Shown here: positions 7,788-17,444 of the stretch, in pieces
Numbering within the stretch: the stretch's first letter is position 1
Layout: each line of letters starts with the position of its first letter
IMG/VR virus record: IMGVR_UViG_3300009370_000002
Length of the DNA stretch: 64,000 nt
Origin: a virus
Strand: one strand, 5' to 3'
Notes under the pieces: model-generated
Seen by the model: only the letters and a program-made list of their open reading frames with translations
Told to the model about the DNA's origin: nothing
Databases searched by the model: none
Made by a program: the position numbers and the translations under genes

Positions 7788-7816
7788 ATTATAACATATT
7801 TTTTGTGGATTGTCAA
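7788..7816 (-). promoter_or_regulatory. Perfect-consensus sigma70 promoter TTGACA-N17-TATAAT with extended -10, probably giving a leaderless mRNA
   Basis: -35 at 7811-7816 and -10 at 7788-7793. ATG 7780 lies 7 nt downstream with no SD. Confidence 0.8.
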
Positions 7817-7819
7817 ATA

Positions 7820-8422
7820 TTATTTCAAACTTGCTCTTTGAAAATTGCTTAACCCTTTCTGTAGTTCTGGGTTTGTTTGTTGTGCGTAGTCTAAAGCGCC
7901 GGATGCCTTATCGAGTGCTTGCTGGCCGGTGAAGTTGCCTTCTATGCTACTGTTGTTTGGCGCTTTGACTTTCAAGGTGGCATGTGCATCTGCTCCGGAA
8001 ACCTTCGAGAGAACAAAAAGATACTCCAAACCATTATCGCACCGAATATCAATAGAGAGTTCTTTGCCTGTGACTTGTTGCGTTTTCATCGCAACCTCTT
8101 CCAAGCTCATCTTGCACTCTTCTGTTGTCATTTCCATCATCGAAGTTTGAATCTCTTCGCCGGCATCTGACATCTGTGTGGATTTTGCTGCTGTCATTGC
8201 TTTGTGTACGTCACCCTTTTGGATTTGAGTATTTACGATTTGGTTTTCAACATTCCAATTTTCAACTGCTGCTTTGGCTACATTTGGAGCAAATCCAGTT
8301 TTGGCGATAAGAAGCCCAACGATGAGTTCCTTCAAAGTGATTTCATCCAATTGTTTCTTTTCTTTTGCGTCTTGTATCTCTTCGTTAATAATTCGCTTCA
8401 AATCTTCGCTAGTAATGTTCAT
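7820..8422 (-). CDS. Hypothetical, possibly virion-associated protein, ~200 aa (start revised from 8464)
   Basis: AAGGA SD before ATG 8422. N-terminal ITSEDLKRIINEEI..LDE followed by a hydrophobic stretch. Confidence 0.7.
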   Translation of the reverse strand: MNITSEDLKRIINEEIQDAKEKKQLDEITLKELIVGLLIAKTGFAPNVAKAAVENWNVENQIVNTQIQKGDVHKAMTAAKSTQMSDAGEEIQTSMMEMTTEECKMSLEEVAMKTQQVTGKELSIDIRCDNGLEYLFVLSKVSGADAHATLKVKAPNNSSIEGNFTGQQALDKASGALDYAQQTNPELQKGLSNFQRASLK

Positions 8423-8450
8423 TTTCAAATTCCTTTTGACATTAAATAGT

Positions 8451-9698
8451 TTAAAGCAAGTCATACTTCAACTTAAACGTCAAGTCTTTGTCTTCTTCTT
8501 TTCGATAAGGGCGAGCAGTTTCAGCTACCATAATCAAATTGTCATGCTTATCATATATGCCTATCTTTGTGATATATGTAGTCTTCGCAAATGTAGCATC
8601 ATGCCCAACATACGAAGAAGACACCACATTCTTAATTGGAGACTCAAATTCATGATAATGCATAGATGAAGTTTGAACGCTGTTATAATCGGTTGCCGTT
8701 TGATCCAAAAAGGTTGGACTATTTGACCAATTATACTCACCCTTTTCAGCGGAACAGATAAGCGTCATTGTATTTTTATACGAAATGCCTTTGAAATTCA
8801 TTGAGAAACTAGCAGACGCCAAGGTAGCATGATGTGTTATGCCATCGTTTGCACCGGCTCCGAACCATCGCCATGACGCTGAGGCGGCTGATGAAGCATC
8901 ATATATTATTGAATTTCCACTGTCTAACGCAGGAGAAATAAAGTGATTTGCTGTGAATGCGTTACCTGCTGTGGAGGACGAAGGAAACACAAATACACCT
9001 TCATCGTAATAAACCAACCCAATAACTGAGCCTGAGTTCGAGCCATAATTCTGGATGAGTTCTCCATTTTTCCTATCATCAATTGCTGATGCTATTAGTG
9101 TTCCTGTGATGAAGTACTTAAGAGTGACGGAGCCCTTATTTATAGACGAGCCATAAAATATCGATGGAACATTAATCATATTCAAAGAGTCACTTAACAC
9201 CTCATCTTGAAGCAAGAACCTCTTACTGTGAACTGAATATTTTTGCTTTCCAACATTATAAAGAGATCTTGCCCTTTTGTTCTCAATATGCGTTGTGTTA
9301 TTTCCAAATGTATGAGTCGATGCAGTAGAATAAATTCTTGTAATGCTAGCGGACAAAGGATAGCTTCCTGTCACAATGGTGCTGAAGTGAGTCTTCTCTT
9401 GTCCATACGGAGGAATATAAGAGAAGGAATTAAGATTGCTTCTTAAGTCCAGGTTAAAGCCTCTCTGAACAAACGGATATGCCAAGTTTGCTTTTTGACT
9501 TGGATCTCTATTGATGTTTAATTCATAGAGACTTACATACCCTTTTGGAACATTCTTATATGTTGCATCTTTGGAGCCAGATATGTTAGGAGTTCCATCC
9601 AAGTATACTTCAGAGTTATAAATGAAGAAGTCCAGTTCTGGGTGCATCTTCAATCGATTAATGAAAATACCGTCATTTCCAAAAAGCTTTTTAGGCAT
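8451..9698 (-). CDS. Virion structural protein with a tail-collar (DUF3751-like) C-terminal motif, 415 aa
   Basis: YITKIGIYDKHDNLIMVAETARPYRK. Paralog of 9698-10831. Confidence 0.65.
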   Translation of the reverse strand: MPKKLFGNDGIFINRLKMHPELDFFIYNSEVYLDGTPNISGSKDATYKNVPKGYVSLYELNINRDPSQKANLAYPFVQRGFNLDLRSNLNSFSYIPPYGQEKTHFSTIVTGSYPLSASITRIYSTASTHTFGNNTTHIENKRARSLYNVGKQKYSVHSKRFLLQDEVLSDSLNMINVPSIFYGSSINKGSVTLKYFITGTLIASAIDDRKNGELIQNYGSNSGSVIGLVYYDEGVFVFPSSSTAGNAFTANHFISPALDSGNSIIYDASSAASASWRWFGAGANDGITHHATLASASFSMNFKGISYKNTMTLICSAEKGEYNWSNSPTFLDQTATDYNSVQTSSMHYHEFESPIKNVVSSSYVGHDATFAKTTYITKIGIYDKHDNLIMVAETARPYRKEEDKDLTFKLKYDLL

Positions 9699-10831
9699 TA
9701 GTAGTCTAGTCTTGCCCGTAGGGTGTATTCGATTGTGGGATCTTTCCTGAGAGGCTCTGAGAGCTTCCCAACTGCCAAGAGGGTATCATTATCATCATAA
9801 AGCCCAATGCTTGTAATATATGATATTGGAGTATCTGTTGCATCGACTTTAACCACTATCGAGCTTTGATTTAGATATGTTGGGTTCGAAGAATAATTCA
9901 TATCACTGTGTTTGAGGCGACAGAAATAAATTGTAGAGTTCAACTCAACGGTATTATTGAAGCTCAAATCGAACATTCTGTTTCTCAGGCCATTTGCTGA
10001 GGCCGAGATTGATGAACTAGCCAAAAGGTGATTCATTGTTTTGGTGCCATCCAAAATTGATGCACCGACAGTATCAATAAGAATTCCACCTGCCGATGCT
10101 GTGGTGAATACTGATGCAGTGATTACGGCTACCCCGGCTTGATAAAATATCAACCCTGCTTTCTGCCCTCCCGCAAGTGTACCAGCATCTGTTGTAAGTA
10201 AGTCGGCAGGCGATGAAGTACTCCCTGTGGCAGCAGTGGTATCGGCAATAAGAAGCCCATATTCACCTACGGGTGAATTAATTTTATAATTGGTATCTGC
10301 GCTGACATCTGAAAGTTTTATTCGATGATAGTGTGCGCCACCATCATAAACCAGAGAAGATGAAACTCCTAACTCTAGATTAAAAGAGCCTTTCTTGATT
10401 TCATCTTTCATCAAAAGACGAGAAAAGGTAATAAAGATACACTCTTTCATTTTGTCAGTTGTTGTTCCTATTAAGTCGCCATCACTATCAAAAAGCTTAA
10501 TTGAACCAGTGTTATCATATCCATATAATACCTGTGCCATTTGATTATAGATGTTTATCTTTTTTGAATTTTGCGTGTTCGCTGAATTGCTTAAGTTTGA
10601 AGAAGCTGCATACCCAAACGTGATATCAAATATATGATTTGCAGATGAGCTTAAATATGGATAATCATAAACAGACTGAAACATTCCATGAGAATAATCC
10701 TTAATATTGTTGTCTGAATAAGTACCTGATACGATAGTTCCAGTTATTGGAATCGCTTCATGTAAAAGTGTTTTTGTGCTAATTTTATCGTCTTCTTCGC
10801 TTATTGGTATGCTTGTGTTATTTTCCGCCAT
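9698..10831 (-). CDS. Virion structural protein with a tail-collar (DUF3751-like) C-terminal motif, 377 aa
   Basis: IKKGSF, NYSSNPT and YITSIGLYDDNDTLLAVGKLSEPLRK. Confidence 0.65.
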   Translation of the reverse strand: MAENNTSIPISEEDDKISTKTLLHEAIPITGTIVSGTYSDNNIKDYSHGMFQSVYDYPYLSSSANHIFDITFGYAASSNLSNSANTQNSKKINIYNQMAQVLYGYDNTGSIKLFDSDGDLIGTTTDKMKECIFITFSRLLMKDEIKKGSFNLELGVSSSLVYDGGAHYHRIKLSDVSADTNYKINSPVGEYGLLIADTTAATGSTSSPADLLTTDAGTLAGGQKAGLIFYQAGVAVITASVFTTASAGGILIDTVGASILDGTKTMNHLLASSSISASANGLRNRMFDLSFNNTVELNSTIYFCRLKHSDMNYSSNPTYLNQSSIVVKVDATDTPISYITSIGLYDDNDTLLAVGKLSEPLRKDPTIEYTLRARLDY

Positions 10832-10853
10832 GATTGTTTACTCCGTTATTTTA

Positions 10854-11822
10854 TCAACTGCCGACATTCTTTACATATCGTATTGGTATCTCTAAAGTAT
10901 ACCCTGTGTCTACACTTGTAACTTTTACCAATGTATCAATGTAGTTCACATTATTCGTTCCCGTAGTTCCGCTTCGCCTCATCATACTGGTTGTTCCTCC
11001 GAACTTTGTAAAATAAAAATCAGAGTTCTTAAGGTGGGTGGATGGTATTACTTGAAACCTTAGCGAATTGAATCGGAATCCTGCTATAACATGCTCCCCT
11101 CCAGATGTTTGAGCGTTGAAAACCGGATGAAGATAATCTGATGGCGCATCTATAATGTAAGATGCTATCATATCATCATCCCTATATGTGTGTGTTAGCG
11201 GAGTTCCGCGCCATGCGATTGAACCTAGTCTACTGTCCATTTCTATAATATACGTATCCATATCCGATGCACCACCATCAGGGGGAACATCAAGGCCAAC
11301 TGCGCTATTATCATATCCGGTTTCAATATATATGGTTGTGCCTTTATCGCTACTGTTTCCATCGAAAATAAAGCCTGTAATTGCATCGCCGTTGGTATCA
11401 TATCCAACTGAATCGACGTTAGTATTATAATTCCCAACGCCTGCTGTCTCGTCATTCACCGCAACCATAAACGAGCCGCTAGAATGCATAGCGGTTCTAC
11501 CAGTGCTATCCAAGCCGGTGCCGGTATAAATTTGATTAAGCTTTGCAACAGGCAAGTATAACAAATCTTGAGAGTCATACGTCACCAACAACGAACTCAT
11601 ATTTGAAGAATTGTTGGTAAATGATTCAAATATAGGAGTCTGCAAAATTTGCAAGTCTTGATATGCAGAGCCAGTATTTGAATCAAAAAGTCCATAATTA
11701 ATTTCATCGTCAGCACACTTAAAGTGGGTTATCGTAAAACTTCCTTCAGAAAGAAGTTTCCTACCCTCGTCTGTCAATACTACATCAAATATAATATCTC
11801 CACTATTATCTTGAAAACCCAT
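10854..11822 (-). CDS. Virion structural protein with a tail-collar-like N-terminal motif, 322 aa
   Basis: DVVLTDEGRKLLSEGSFTITHFKCADDEINY. AGGAG SD. Confidence 0.65.
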   Translation of the reverse strand: MGFQDNSGDIIFDVVLTDEGRKLLSEGSFTITHFKCADDEINYGLFDSNTGSAYQDLQILQTPIFESFTNNSSNMSSLLVTYDSQDLLYLPVAKLNQIYTGTGLDSTGRTAMHSSGSFMVAVNDETAGVGNYNTNVDSVGYDTNGDAITGFIFDGNSSDKGTTIYIETGYDNSAVGLDVPPDGGASDMDTYIIEMDSRLGSIAWRGTPLTHTYRDDDMIASYIIDAPSDYLHPVFNAQTSGGEHVIAGFRFNSLRFQVIPSTHLKNSDFYFTKFGGTTSMMRRSGTTGTNNVNYIDTLVKVTSVDTGYTLEIPIRYVKNVGS

Positions 11823-11860
11823 AAATTTACTCCTATTTGATTATAATTATCACAAAATAA

Positions 11861-14104
11861 TTAATTTTCTGGTTTTTGTTGGTAATTAAAAATTAAATTA
11901 AAATCAACTTTTTTTCCAGTGCTTTTTGATTCTAGTCTTAATTTTATAAAGTCCTTACTAAGCTTATTATAATTCCACACACTATCTTCCAATCCCTTAT
12001 CGCCCAAAACTATATTATTATTCACTGCTGTTATTGCATCATTGCCGCTTGAATCGTAAGAATTCATGGTTAGATGTCTTTCATTAAAAGATATTTTCAT
12101 ATATTTCCTAAATGATACGTTAAATGAAAAATCATCAGATTCCGGCATTTCGTACACTTTAGCGTTTAAAATCGTTTCATCAGAATCTTTTATTTTTTCC
12201 ACCTCATAAACAACAGATGGATTCGAAAAATTATCCCGATGTGTTAAGCACCTAAATAAATAGTAATATTTTTTACCATGTTCCAGCATATGATCAATAG
12301 TAGCTGATTTTTTTAATTTTCTAGAAAACCTATCTAGTTCGCCACTGTCAATTACATGATAGAGTTTATCACTAAAATCTTTAATAGTTCTTGGTGGGAC
12401 ATCCATCCTATAAATTTCATACATCCCATATGCAGCAACCGGTGACGTATAAGGGTATTCGGTTTTTGCATAAGTTTGCAATTTACTAATATATTCAGTA
12501 TCCGATTCACTTATCATTTTTAAATGTTTTCTGCCGTGTGGTGTGATATCTGTTGTTGGTGGGATACCTACTGATATTTTTATTTTAAAATCGGCATTTT
12601 TATAATTTGAAAACCTAACTATTGGTTTACCAGGTGGTGGCTCAACCACTGCCAACTCTACCATTCCATTGGTTACTTCAAAAATTCTAACTCTAGGACT
12701 CACCCCCATATCAAAAACAAATCCGTCCGAGCGTTCCACTTTTGGTCGAAAAGAAATATCGTATACAACAGCAGCATAAAATGTTGTCATTATGTATTCA
12801 TAAACAGTGCCATACTGTATTTGTGTATCAATAAATTGAGAAACATTTTCGTTATTAAAAAAATAAAAATTCTGAATTGGTTCCATTCCGCCTCTTTTTC
12901 TTTTTGCAATTTTAAATGCCACTGCTTCGGTTTTACAAAAACTCCTGTCATAAAATAACTCTTTAAAGTTTTTTATATTATCTGCAATATACGTTTGCAT
13001 CTGAGCTTCAAGAATCGCGGTTGAATCTAAAATCCCGAAATCACTAAAACCATCTTTTTCTATCTCAACATTGTCCGGGTCGTACAAAGATAAATTACTA
13101 TTACCTTTTATAAAAAGAGCATAGTTAGTGTTATTTAACCCAAATGGTTTTAATCTCCAAGGATACACACGCACAACAGATTCGCCATCAACCGCATGTG
13201 TACGGTAGTTGTTATTTATAAAATCGCCCCTTAGTGTCTTTAAAAATATATTTGCATAACCAGATTTTTTTATTCTTTCTCCAAAGCCTTTGATAATCGG
13301 GCTAGAAGCGGGAATAGAAACACAATTAAAAAATGGAACATCATATAAGTCTTTAGGATTTGGAGCACGGGACGGTGTATAAGAAAAAAACATATTTTTC
13401 TTATTAGGCCTAAGGGCATCATTATTAATTAACCCATGCTTTGCATAATTGTGAAAATAATTACTTTCATAATTATACCCATTATGCCAATTGAATTTAT
13501 ATATATTTCCATTGCCTTTTTGGTTTGTTGGGTAAGAATTAACCATTGCATACTCCCTCATCTCTATATGACTATCATTATTCAAATAAGTAATTGCACT
13601 CAATTCATTCGGGTATTGTTTTTGGTACCACCCAAACATATAACAAGGAAGGCTTAATTCCGAACTGCCTATGGTTGCATTTTCATAATCTATCATTTGA
13701 AGATTGTAATAAGAATATGAACCACCCCATTTAAATATAGTATTCTTTCTTATTGATTCATCTACATCATCACTAATATCTTTATAATTTATATTAATTC
13801 TTTCATAAGTAAAATCCATTTTACCAGAACTCATGTCAAGGTAAAGTTGCTCTTTCAATCTTTTTGCTGCATCAGTATGGGCTTCAACAACACAATCGCC
13901 CCTTGTTCTTTTTATCGGAAAACCATCTTCATTATACTCGACTGTGGAGCCTACAGCCTCCACATCAAATGCCAGGCCTCCCTCTTCCGTCCCTACTTTT
14001 TCTATTACTCCACCATGAGATGTCATTTTTATGCCAAAAGTATCAAAAAACCCCTCAATAAGGCTAACATTATCTTGTTTTGAATGTACATTCTTAGTAG
14101 TCAT
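11861..14104 (-). CDS. Hypothetical structural protein, 747 aa
   Basis: Long ORF in the tail module with a beta-rich C-terminus (YEIYR..KKYYYLFR..SNPS). Confidence 0.7.
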   Translation of the reverse strand: MTTKNVHSKQDNVSLIEGFFDTFGIKMTSHGGVIEKVGTEEGGLAFDVEAVGSTVEYNEDGFPIKRTRGDCVVEAHTDAAKRLKEQLYLDMSSGKMDFTYERININYKDISDDVDESIRKNTIFKWGGSYSYYNLQMIDYENATIGSSELSLPCYMFGWYQKQYPNELSAITYLNNDSHIEMREYAMVNSYPTNQKGNGNIYKFNWHNGYNYESNYFHNYAKHGLINNDALRPNKKNMFFSYTPSRAPNPKDLYDVPFFNCVSIPASSPIIKGFGERIKKSGYANIFLKTLRGDFINNNYRTHAVDGESVVRVYPWRLKPFGLNNTNYALFIKGNSNLSLYDPDNVEIEKDGFSDFGILDSTAILEAQMQTYIADNIKNFKELFYDRSFCKTEAVAFKIAKRKRGGMEPIQNFYFFNNENVSQFIDTQIQYGTVYEYIMTTFYAAVVYDISFRPKVERSDGFVFDMGVSPRVRIFEVTNGMVELAVVEPPPGKPIVRFSNYKNADFKIKISVGIPPTTDITPHGRKHLKMISESDTEYISKLQTYAKTEYPYTSPVAAYGMYEIYRMDVPPRTIKDFSDKLYHVIDSGELDRFSRKLKKSATIDHMLEHGKKYYYLFRCLTHRDNFSNPSVVYEVEKIKDSDETILNAKVYEMPESDDFSFNVSFRKYMKISFNERHLTMNSYDSSGNDAITAVNNNIVLGDKGLEDSVWNYNKLSKDFIKLRLESKSTGKKVDFNLIFNYQQKPEN

Positions 14105-17100
14105 CTTTCATGCCTCCTCCGCTGGATCCGCCTCGTGTCTTGTTACCAGTATCCGGTATTTGCCGAACGTTGGTAATTTTGTGACTATCACCTACCCAGA
14201 GCGACTTATCAGCAGACACCACACCAGAATTAGCAGCATTGAAAGAATTAGCTAATCTGTTGGCAATAGTTTTGGATGTTCTGAGCTTGTGTGATTTCTT
14301 TGTAGGAGATAATGTATGCCCATGCGGAGCGGAGCCACGAACACCATGCAATTTAAAGCAATTTGGATAACATACGCTTTTAGCTGGTTGAACTTTCCAA
14401 TTAACAATTTTGTGTCTGTGTCTTACATTTGAATCAGATGGATGAATAAATTCAGCGGTATATCCGTTGCCGTTGCCATCTACATGCCATTCATGATGAT
14501 GATTGGAGTTGTGACTTGTCCTACCTCCTGTTTTCTTTCTTGCAACATTCTTATCTTCTAATAGGAACACTCCACCATATACTAAAAAGTTCTCTTTTTT
14601 CTTTGGTATTCCCACATTTTCATATTTTTCCATTATGCACAGTTTATTATGCCCCCCAATAGCACTATAATTAACACTTGTCATGTCCTTAAGAATGGGT
14701 TCTGACATGTCATACGTGCCGTCATTTGCAATTGGAAAACCATCTATAAACTTCACTTTTTGAATATTTCCATACATTTGGTATGCAAACTCCTCAGTTT
14801 TTGGATTTTTAAAAATGTCTTGTTTATTTAATAAATAATTTGAACGGACAGATTGTGAACGGTTGAACATCAACGAACGAACCTGCAATGGTATATCTTC
14901 TGGCTTTATGTCTTTTGAAACCAGCCCACTGTAAAACACGCTCTTTTTATTATTTAAATCAAACGCAGCTATGGTTTGGATTTTACCTTTTTTAGTAAAT
15001 GCCATCGCGCTACTAATTTTATCTAAGCGTTCTATTTTCTTCTTACGAGATAGCGCCCTTGTTATTATACTAGTATTAGAGACAAAAGCGGATGCATTTC
15101 CTAAAAATTCTGTTGCCTTTAGCGGTAATGTTTCTTTTGCTTCTTCTCTTTCCTTGGTTATTAAATCTATTGATATGCTTGACTTCAGCGCTTTGGAGAG
15201 TAAGTTTGTTTTATAAGTTTGCTTAAGGCTTTTTTTCCTGATTCGCCTTATCTTATTAAAGGATTTTAAACTAACTTTAGAAGAAATCGTCTTTGTGTCC
15301 AGCAAATCATTTCCCACGAAAATTGTCTGGGGTGTAAAATACAAATGGGCATCCCTTTTAACATCAAGAAGTTGATTCATTACTCCCTTATCTATATTAG
15401 GTGGCGATTCAAAAGGAACACTCACAGTTGACTTAAAATATTTCGAAAATTCTACATTCGATCGATTATCAAAATTAGCTTTATTAATTGCAAGCTTGTT
15501 ATCAAAATTAAAATATTCGTATTTAACACCACTTTTCTTTTTAAGAAAAAACTTTTTAAAAGCAAAATTTGTTGAAATTATTCCTATTTTTTTCAATTTT
15601 TTTGTTTTTATATTCCTCCCTTTATTGCCACCGCGCATAGTAGGATATTTTACTTTGTATTTTTTTGTCAACGACTCAATTACCATCTGCACCTCTTTTT
15701 GTGCCGAAGTTAAAATCTGGGGGGTGGCAGTGGCAAAATTCACTTTTGTATCTATTTGAATTTCATCTGGGCTGAGTCCTAGCATAAGACAAGCCCTGTC
15801 TAATGACTCAATCCCCCTTACTATTGGAGATGCCTCCAGTGCGTTTATCGTTTCACCTCCGATTGTCCTCCCATTCATCCTAACATTTTGTTTATTAAAA
15901 TATTTTTGAATAAATGTGCCACTTATTTTGTCCTCTGTGGTGTTGTATGCTTTTGCTTTAACAACTTTATTTTTAATAAGTGTCAACTCTTTGCTGAGTG
16001 CTATGATGTTTTTTAATACTCCCTTTACGTAAGAATGGAAAACGTCTTCTATATCCATAGACACAGAGTATGTGTATCTTCCTGATGGAGCTTTTTTCAT
16101 AGTATTATCTATGAAGTAGAGTGTTTTAAGCTCGTTAGGCAACCCAGCATCGACAAATTCTAATGAGGCATTTATTCTCGGATATGGATTTTTTTTCACC
16201 AGATCGCCTCTATTAAGAAATCCTATTTTACTTTTACTTTTTCTCAAATTTAAATAAGCAATGGTGCTGGTTGATATTTTCTTTTGGCGCCTCTTTCTTT
16301 CTCGAAGTGACTTTTTGCCATTCTTTAAGGTTGCTCTTTTTGCAGAATGTTGGTAGCTGTGTTTTTCAACCTTTATGCTTGAAATATTGGCTTTTTTTGC
16401 AATCTCCATAAAAAGCTCCTTATCAATGCTATATATTTGCTTTCCTATGGGGCTTTTGTTTAATAGTATATTGCATAAATTTAAAATAAAATATTTATGC
16501 AATCTCCCTGATGTATCGACTTGATCATCTAATTCATACACAAAAGAACGATTTTTGGCTTTGCTTATCTTTTTCAAAAGTTTGCTGTGTCTATTCTTGC
16601 GTTTTAAGTTTTTTGGCTTATCCTTATCAGGCAGCGGCCAGCCTCCTGGATCGTGGGCTAATGAAAATGCCAAATCAGAATCCCACTTATTCATAATGCC
16701 GCTGGGCATATTATATATTACTATATCATTGTCAACCATTTTTCTTGCTAATGTGGGGTTGAATTTTTTCCCTCTTATATTTCCTTTCCATTGTTTTGTG
16801 CCTTTGTTATAAACTGCCAGCCCGTGCCACACGGAACCATCTAAAGAATTTTTAAACTGTGGTATTTTTTTTAACTTTTTGCCATTCTTAAAGAGTGGCA
16901 CTTCTTTTAGCGCACCACTTAAATCAAGATTAGTTTTTAATTTTTTGGGGCTCCTTTTTGCTTTGATTTTCCTCATCATATTTTTAGTACCAAGTTTAGG
17001 TTTTGTTGTTTTTTTAGACATTTTCTTTTGGACTTTCATTTTATCCAAATCATATGAAGTAAACAAAAACAAAGAAGAATCATTAGATATTTTTCTTTTT

Positions 17101-17444
17101 AAATTAATGACTAGAGTATAAGAAAACACCCTATATAAACCATCGCCTGAGATACTTGTTGCTTTTGGGCTTGAAGCAGAAACAAACACTACATCGTCAT
17201 CAGTAAGCACCTTTCTTCCTGCTGTAACTGCTTCAATTGTTTTTTTGCCTTCCACCAAAGCCGCACCTATTCGAATTCTTGATTTTGTATCTTTTTTATC
17301 AAACCACTTAGACTTTCTAATACTGATATAATCCAATAAATTTACCTTTACCTTAAGAATAGTGGAGCCAACACGCTCAGTAATTACTGCGCTTTTCAAA
17401 TGAACATTCGGCAGCGTTTTTAAAGATATAACATTATCAGACAT
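14094..17444 (-). CDS. Large Lys/Arg-rich hypothetical protein with a His-rich segment, 1116 aa
   Basis: Long ORF coupled to its neighbours, with an HHHEWH..RHRH..PHGH segment near the C-terminus. Confidence 0.75.
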   Translation of the reverse strand: MSDNVISLKTLPNVHLKSAVITERVGSTILKVKVNLLDYISIRKSKWFDKKDTKSRIRIGAALVEGKKTIEAVTAGRKVLTDDDVVFVSASSPKATSISGDGLYRVFSYTLVINLKRKISNDSSLFLFTSYDLDKMKVQKKMSKKTTKPKLGTKNMMRKIKAKRSPKKLKTNLDLSGALKEVPLFKNGKKLKKIPQFKNSLDGSVWHGLAVYNKGTKQWKGNIRGKKFNPTLARKMVDNDIVIYNMPSGIMNKWDSDLAFSLAHDPGGWPLPDKDKPKNLKRKNRHSKLLKKISKAKNRSFVYELDDQVDTSGRLHKYFILNLCNILLNKSPIGKQIYSIDKELFMEIAKKANISSIKVEKHSYQHSAKRATLKNGKKSLRERKRRQKKISTSTIAYLNLRKSKSKIGFLNRGDLVKKNPYPRINASLEFVDAGLPNELKTLYFIDNTMKKAPSGRYTYSVSMDIEDVFHSYVKGVLKNIIALSKELTLIKNKVVKAKAYNTTEDKISGTFIQKYFNKQNVRMNGRTIGGETINALEASPIVRGIESLDRACLMLGLSPDEIQIDTKVNFATATPQILTSAQKEVQMVIESLTKKYKVKYPTMRGGNKGRNIKTKKLKKIGIISTNFAFKKFFLKKKSGVKYEYFNFDNKLAINKANFDNRSNVEFSKYFKSTVSVPFESPPNIDKGVMNQLLDVKRDAHLYFTPQTIFVGNDLLDTKTISSKVSLKSFNKIRRIRKKSLKQTYKTNLLSKALKSSISIDLITKEREEAKETLPLKATEFLGNASAFVSNTSIITRALSRKKKIERLDKISSAMAFTKKGKIQTIAAFDLNNKKSVFYSGLVSKDIKPEDIPLQVRSLMFNRSQSVRSNYLLNKQDIFKNPKTEEFAYQMYGNIQKVKFIDGFPIANDGTYDMSEPILKDMTSVNYSAIGGHNKLCIMEKYENVGIPKKKENFLVYGGVFLLEDKNVARKKTGGRTSHNSNHHHEWHVDGNGNGYTAEFIHPSDSNVRHRHKIVNWKVQPAKSVCYPNCFKLHGVRGSAPHGHTLSPTKKSHKLRTSKTIANRLANSFNAANSGVVSADKSLWVGDSHKITNVRQIPDTGNKTRGGSSGGGMKDDY

